Below are positions 60,331-64,000 of a stretch of DNA of 64,000 nucleotides, in pieces. Source of the DNA: Negativicutes bacterium (GTDB lineage Bacteria > Bacillota > Negativicutes > UBA1444); contig CAXXIN010000016.1 of NCBI GenBank assembly GCA_963665275.2, positions 64,001-128,000 on the forward strand. Direction: 5' to 3'. The notes beneath the pieces are model-generated. The model saw only the letters and a list, made by a program, of their open reading frames with translations. It did no database searches and had not been told where the DNA came from. The first letter of the stretch is position 1; each line of letters starts with the position of its first letter. Both the position numbers and the translations under genes were made by a program.

Positions 60331-60993
60331 TTGCCGGCAGAGCTGATTGAAATCATACGATTGATAGCGGCTGCGTTTTTGGGCGGGGTCATCGGACTTG
60401 AAAGGCAACAGCGGCACAAGTCGGCTGGACTGCGGACCCATATCTTGGTTTGCCTGGGTTCCTGTCTCGTGATGCTGATCTCCTATAAGATCTATTCGGA
60501 GGTTCAGGGCCTGACCAACGCCGACCCTGCCCGTCTGGCGGCCCAAGTCGTTAGCGGCATCGGTTTTCTTGGCGCAGGCACCATCATGAAAGAAGGCTTG
60601 ACCATCAAAGGACTGACTACGGCGGCCAGCTTGTGGGTCGTCGCCGGAGTCGGTCTGGCGGTAGGGGCGGGATATTATATCGGGGCTGTTACCACCACTG
60701 TTTTGTCGGTGCTCGCGCTTACCTATTTGCCGCGTTTTGAACGACTGTATGGGTGCGGGCCTTCTCAGGTGGCACTTATCGTTCACTCGGTGGACAAACC
60801 GGGTCAGATTGGCAGGGTCGGATCATATCTGGGAACCAAAAATGTTGCGATTTGCGATATAAAAATTGATGAAGTCGGAAAAAACGACATTCATATTTCT
60901 GTGATTGTTGATGTTACCGATCGTCGTATCGTGCCTGAAATTATTGATGGATTAAAAGGAATCGAAGGAGTTATTGACGTCCAACCGGAATGA
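60331..60993 (+). CDS. MgtC/SapB family membrane protein with ACT-like C-terminus
   Basis: IGLERQ, AGLRTH, DPARLAAQVVSGIGFLGAG, GLTTAASLW. Confidence 0.93.
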   Translation: MPAELIEIIRLIAAAFLGGVIGLERQQRHKSAGLRTHILVCLGSCLVMLISYKIYSEVQGLTNADPARLAAQVVSGIGFLGAGTIMKEGLTIKGLTTAASLWVVAGVGLAVGAGYYIGAVTTTVLSVLALTYLPRFERLYGCGPSQVALIVHSVDKPGQIGRVGSYLGTKNVAICDIKIDEVGKNDIHISVIVDVTDRRIVPEIIDGLKGIEGVIDVQPE

Positions 60994-61060
60994 TAAACGG
61001 CAAGTCGATAGTCCTGGATGAATGAATCCAATACAATAGATGAAAGGATGGGGTAATGGG

Positions 61061-62098
61061 ATGAAGAAATCAATGGTTTTCCTGGTACTGGTCATGTTCG
61101 TCGTCGCGGCGATGGTGGCTGGCTGTGGCGGGGGAGACAAAAAACCTGCCGAACAACCCAAAGCGAAAGGCCCTTCCGGCACGTTAATGATTTACACCTC
61201 GATCTATCCGGATATTGTCGAGCTGGTCAAACCGGCTATCGCCAAAAAGTTTCCTGATTTAAAGGTAAGCTGGTTCCAGGCGGGATCGGAACAAGTCATG
61301 GCCAAGCTGGCCGGTGAAATTGAAGCGAAAAAAGTGCAGGCAGACGTACTGCTGGTAGCCGATCCGGCGTATTATCTGACGCTCAAGGATAAAGGGCTGC
61401 TACTGAAATATGACTCGCCGATGCGAAAAGACATCACAGGGAATAAAGATACGGAAGGCTATTGGACCGGCGTCCGAATTAATGCTATCGTGATGGCGTA
61501 CAACACCAAAAAAGTTAAACCGGAAGAAGCGCCGAAAACGTGGCAGGATTTAACGGATCCGAAATGGAAAAACCGCATTGCGATGGCGAATCCCTTGTTG
61601 TCCGGGACCGCCTACGTCGGTGTGGGTGCATTGGTACAGAAATACGGCTGGGAATATTTTGATAAACTCAAAGCCAATGGCGTGAAGGTTGAATCTGGCA
61701 ACACCGCGTTGCAGAATAAACTGGTTCAGGGCGAATATGATGTGGTCATAATTTTGGAAGAGAATATTCTCAAGATGGCGGACAAAGGCGAGCCGGTTAA
61801 GGTAGCCTATCCGACGGATGGTGTCGCTATCAACCCCAGCCCAATCGCTATCTTCGGCAGCTCGCAGAACCCCGAAGCTGCAAAAGCATTGACTGACTGG
61901 TGGCTCTCAAAAGAAGGTCAGGAAATGGTCGTGAAAGGCTGGATGCATTCGGTACGGGATGATGTTTCCTCGCCCAAGGGAGCGCCGGCATTGAAGACAC
62001 TCATGCCTACGGCATTGAAGATCGATTGGGATCAGCTTGCCAAAGAAAACGAAAAGTTTAAGGAAAACTTCCGGTCACGAGTGTTGGAAAAGAAATAA
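61061..62098 (+). CDS. ABC substrate-binding lipoprotein (paralog of 45675 and 54168)
   Basis: Lipobox VAGC; LMIYTSIYPD, WFQAGSEQV, NPLLSGTA. Confidence 0.88.
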   Translation: MKKSMVFLVLVMFVVAAMVAGCGGGDKKPAEQPKAKGPSGTLMIYTSIYPDIVELVKPAIAKKFPDLKVSWFQAGSEQVMAKLAGEIEAKKVQADVLLVADPAYYLTLKDKGLLLKYDSPMRKDITGNKDTEGYWTGVRINAIVMAYNTKKVKPEEAPKTWQDLTDPKWKNRIAMANPLLSGTAYVGVGALVQKYGWEYFDKLKANGVKVESGNTALQNKLVQGEYDVVIILEENILKMADKGEPVKVAYPTDGVAINPSPIAIFGSSQNPEAAKALTDWWLSKEGQEMVVKGWMHSVRDDVSSPKGAPALKTLMPTALKIDWDQLAKENEKFKENFRSRVLEKK

Positions 62099-62163
62099 TC
62101 CAGCGAAGGTGGGGGGCAACTCCCCCCCACCTTATATAATGCCAGCTAAACAGGGGGTATATC

Positions 62164-63846
62164 GTGGGAAAAAAATGGCTCCCCCAGTGGGACACCAAGT
62201 GGATGGTAATTATTTCGGCAGTAGCTGCATTGGTCCTGTTTGTCGTGTTGCCCATGCTTTATCTGGTCTACAAGAGCTTCATCATCAATGGAAGCTTTGA
62301 CGTCCATCATTATCAGACGGTGTACAGTAATATCGTCAATTGGAATGCCTTGAGCAATACGCTTCAAATTTCTTTATATTCCACCGTGTTGGCGGTGCTG
62401 ATCTCTTTTCCGCTGGCCTGGATGATCGGGCGGACTGATTTGCCGGGCAAGGGGTTCTTTCGGACTCTGTTTGTGGCAACTTACATGATTCCACCCTATG
62501 TTGGGGCTATTGCCTGGATTCAGTTGTTGAATCCAAGAGTCGGGTACGTGAACAAGTTTCTGGTTGAAAGTCTGCATCTGGCCGAAGCCCCCTTCAACAT
62601 CTACTCAATGACGGGTATGGTCTGGTGTCTGACCTTGTTTTATGCGCCTTTTGCTTTTATTACTATTTCCCGGGCAATGGAAAAAATGGACCCGACCCTG
62701 GAAGAAGCCTCCCGGATATCTGGCGCATCGCCGCTGCGGACACTCTGGAATGTAACGATTCCTCTGATGTATCCCAGTATTCTGGCTGGGGGAGTACTCG
62801 TTTTCATCGGTGTGGCTTCGGCCTTCGGAACGCCATCCATCATCGGTATGCCAGCCAATATTGAAGTTCTGACGACCCGAATTGTCACATATATATACAT
62901 GGGTGACACCAAAGGGATTCAGGAAGCGACTGCACTGGCGGTTTCCCTGATGTTGGCAGCCAATGGGCTACTGTATTTCTCCATGTTCGGTCTGGGGAAA
63001 AAAGAATATGTGACCATAGGCGGGAAAAGCACCCGGCCCAACTTGGTCGAACTGGGAAGCTGGAAATGGCCGGCTTTCGGTATCGTGCTTGGTTATGGCG
63101 CTATCTCGGTATTCCTGCCGATTGGTTCTGTGTTAGTGACTTCTTTGATCAAATCAATGTCGCGGCCCATCACACTGGATAATCTTACGATATCAACATG
63201 GGTGGCTGCACTGAAGAATGAGCAATACACCGAACCTCTTTGGAACAGTTTCGTTTTAGCGATTACTGCGGCAACGGTTGCTACTATCATCGGAATTTTC
63301 GTCGCTTACCTCTTGATCAAGACAAGGGTCAAGGGACGGGAGATCCCGGATGCATTGGCTACCCTCGGCGGCGCCACTCCCGGCATCGTAATAGCGTTGG
63401 CGCTGATCATTACTTTTTCGGGTTCCTTTGGCCTGAATTTGTATTCAACGATGACGATCCTGGTTATCGGATATGTTGTCAAATACCTGACGATGTCTGT
63501 TCGGACAATATCCGCATCGCTCAGTCAGGTTCACCCTTCGCTGGAAGAGGCGGCGCTCAACTCCGGGGCAACCTGGTTACAGTCGCTGAAAGACATCATG
63601 TGGCCGCTGATCCGTCCGTCCATCGTCGCCGGCTGGTTTTTGGTCTTTATGCCGTCGTTTTATGAATTGACGATGTCCATTATCCTCTACGGATCCCAGA
63701 CGAAGACCATCGGCGTGTTACTGTATGAACTCCAAACCTATGCCGACCCACAAGACGCATCGGTATTGGCTGTTATAATTCTTTTGATCGTTCTGCTGGG
63801 CAATCTTGCACTTCGCAAGGTTTCGCGCGGCCAGATCGGCATTTGA
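62164..63846 (+). CDS. ABC permease (FbpB-like)
   Basis: [10 protein letters not shown] and [10 protein letters not shown] loops. Confidence 0.9.
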   Translation: MGKKWLPQWDTKWMVIISAVAALVLFVVLPMLYLVYKSFIINGSFDVHHYQTVYSNIVNWNALSNTLQISLYSTVLAVLISFPLAWMIGRTDLPGKGFFRTLFVATYMIPPYVGAIAWIQLLNPRVGYVNKFLVESLHLAEAPFNIYSMTGMVWCLTLFYAPFAFITISRAMEKMDPTLEEASRISGASPLRTLWNVTIPLMYPSILAGGVLVFIGVASAFGTPSIIGMPANIEVLTTRIVTYIYMGDTKGIQEATALAVSLMLAANGLLYFSMFGLGKKEYVTIGGKSTRPNLVELGSWKWPAFGIVLGYGAISVFLPIGSVLVTSLIKSMSRPITLDNLTISTWVAALKNEQYTEPLWNSFVLAITAATVATIIGIFVAYLLIKTRVKGREIPDALATLGGATPGIVIALALIITFSGSFGLNLYSTMTILVIGYVVKYLTMSVRTISASLSQVHPSLEEAALNSGATWLQSLKDIMWPLIRPSIVAGWFLVFMPSFYELTMSIILYGSQTKTIGVLLYELQTYADPQDASVLAVIILLIVLLGNLALRKVSRGQIGI

Positions 63847-63865
63847 CCTGAAAGGAGCCGGGATT

Positions 63866-64000
63866 GTGGCAGATGTAAAAATCAGTTCGGTGACCAAAAA
63901 ATTCGGTGATGTTTATGCCGTAAACCATTTTGATGCGCTCATTCGCGATGGAGAGTTCGTGTCAATTCTGGGTCCGTCGGGATGCGGAAAAACCACAATG
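63866..64000 (+). CDS. ABC ATP-binding protein, 3'-truncated by the window edge
   Basis: GTG start after AAAGGAG; [13 protein letters not shown]...[11 protein letters not shown]. Confidence 0.85.
   Translation, partial: MADVKISSVTKKFGDVYAVNHFDALIRDGEFVSILGPSGCGKTTM

Noticed and set aside
62107-62133. G6/C6 hairpin after the SBP gene as a phase-variable tract
   Set aside because: It is an intergenic stem typical of SBP mRNA stabilisation in ABC operons, not a coding or promoter tract.

Overview
A 64 kb chromosomal segment of about 50% GC from an anaerobic Firmicute. Gene content and promoter/RBS style suggest Negativicutes/Sporomusaceae (inference). I found no prophage, IS transposase, CRISPR array, tRNA or rRNA. 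Most of the window is core metabolism: a P-type ATPase with an apparent frameshift, pdxST, a eukaryote-type hexokinase, tag, satP, rmuC, DAHP synthase, a glcDF-like oxidase, a sigma54 activator, an SdhA/TfrA-like flavoprotein, ABC-F, fetAB, a FadF-like protein, the hydroxyproline dehydratase hypD cluster, an M-box-controlled Mg2+ uptake pair and PFOR. It ends in an island of at least 18 kb holding Fe3+/AfuABC-family ABC transporters, alkaline phosphatase, deoC, phoU and mgtC. The most interesting signals are unannotated and non-coding or very small. (1) A 45-codon leader peptide rich in Phe/Tyr/Trp, with terminator and antiterminator, precedes DAHP synthase; this suggests ribosome-mediated attenuation sensing all three aromatic amino acids in a Firmicute. 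(2) Three copies of a covarying 'stem-AGAGA-n-AGAGA-stem' antiterminator overlap intrinsic terminators at the head of each operon of the transporter island. (3) A sigma54 activator is flanked by two outward-pointing sigma54 promoters: one reads into a structured region without a credible ORF, the other into two tiny ORFs separated by a 26-bp RNA helix. (4) An Arg-rich uORF sits between the M-box riboswitch and the Mg2+ transporter genes.
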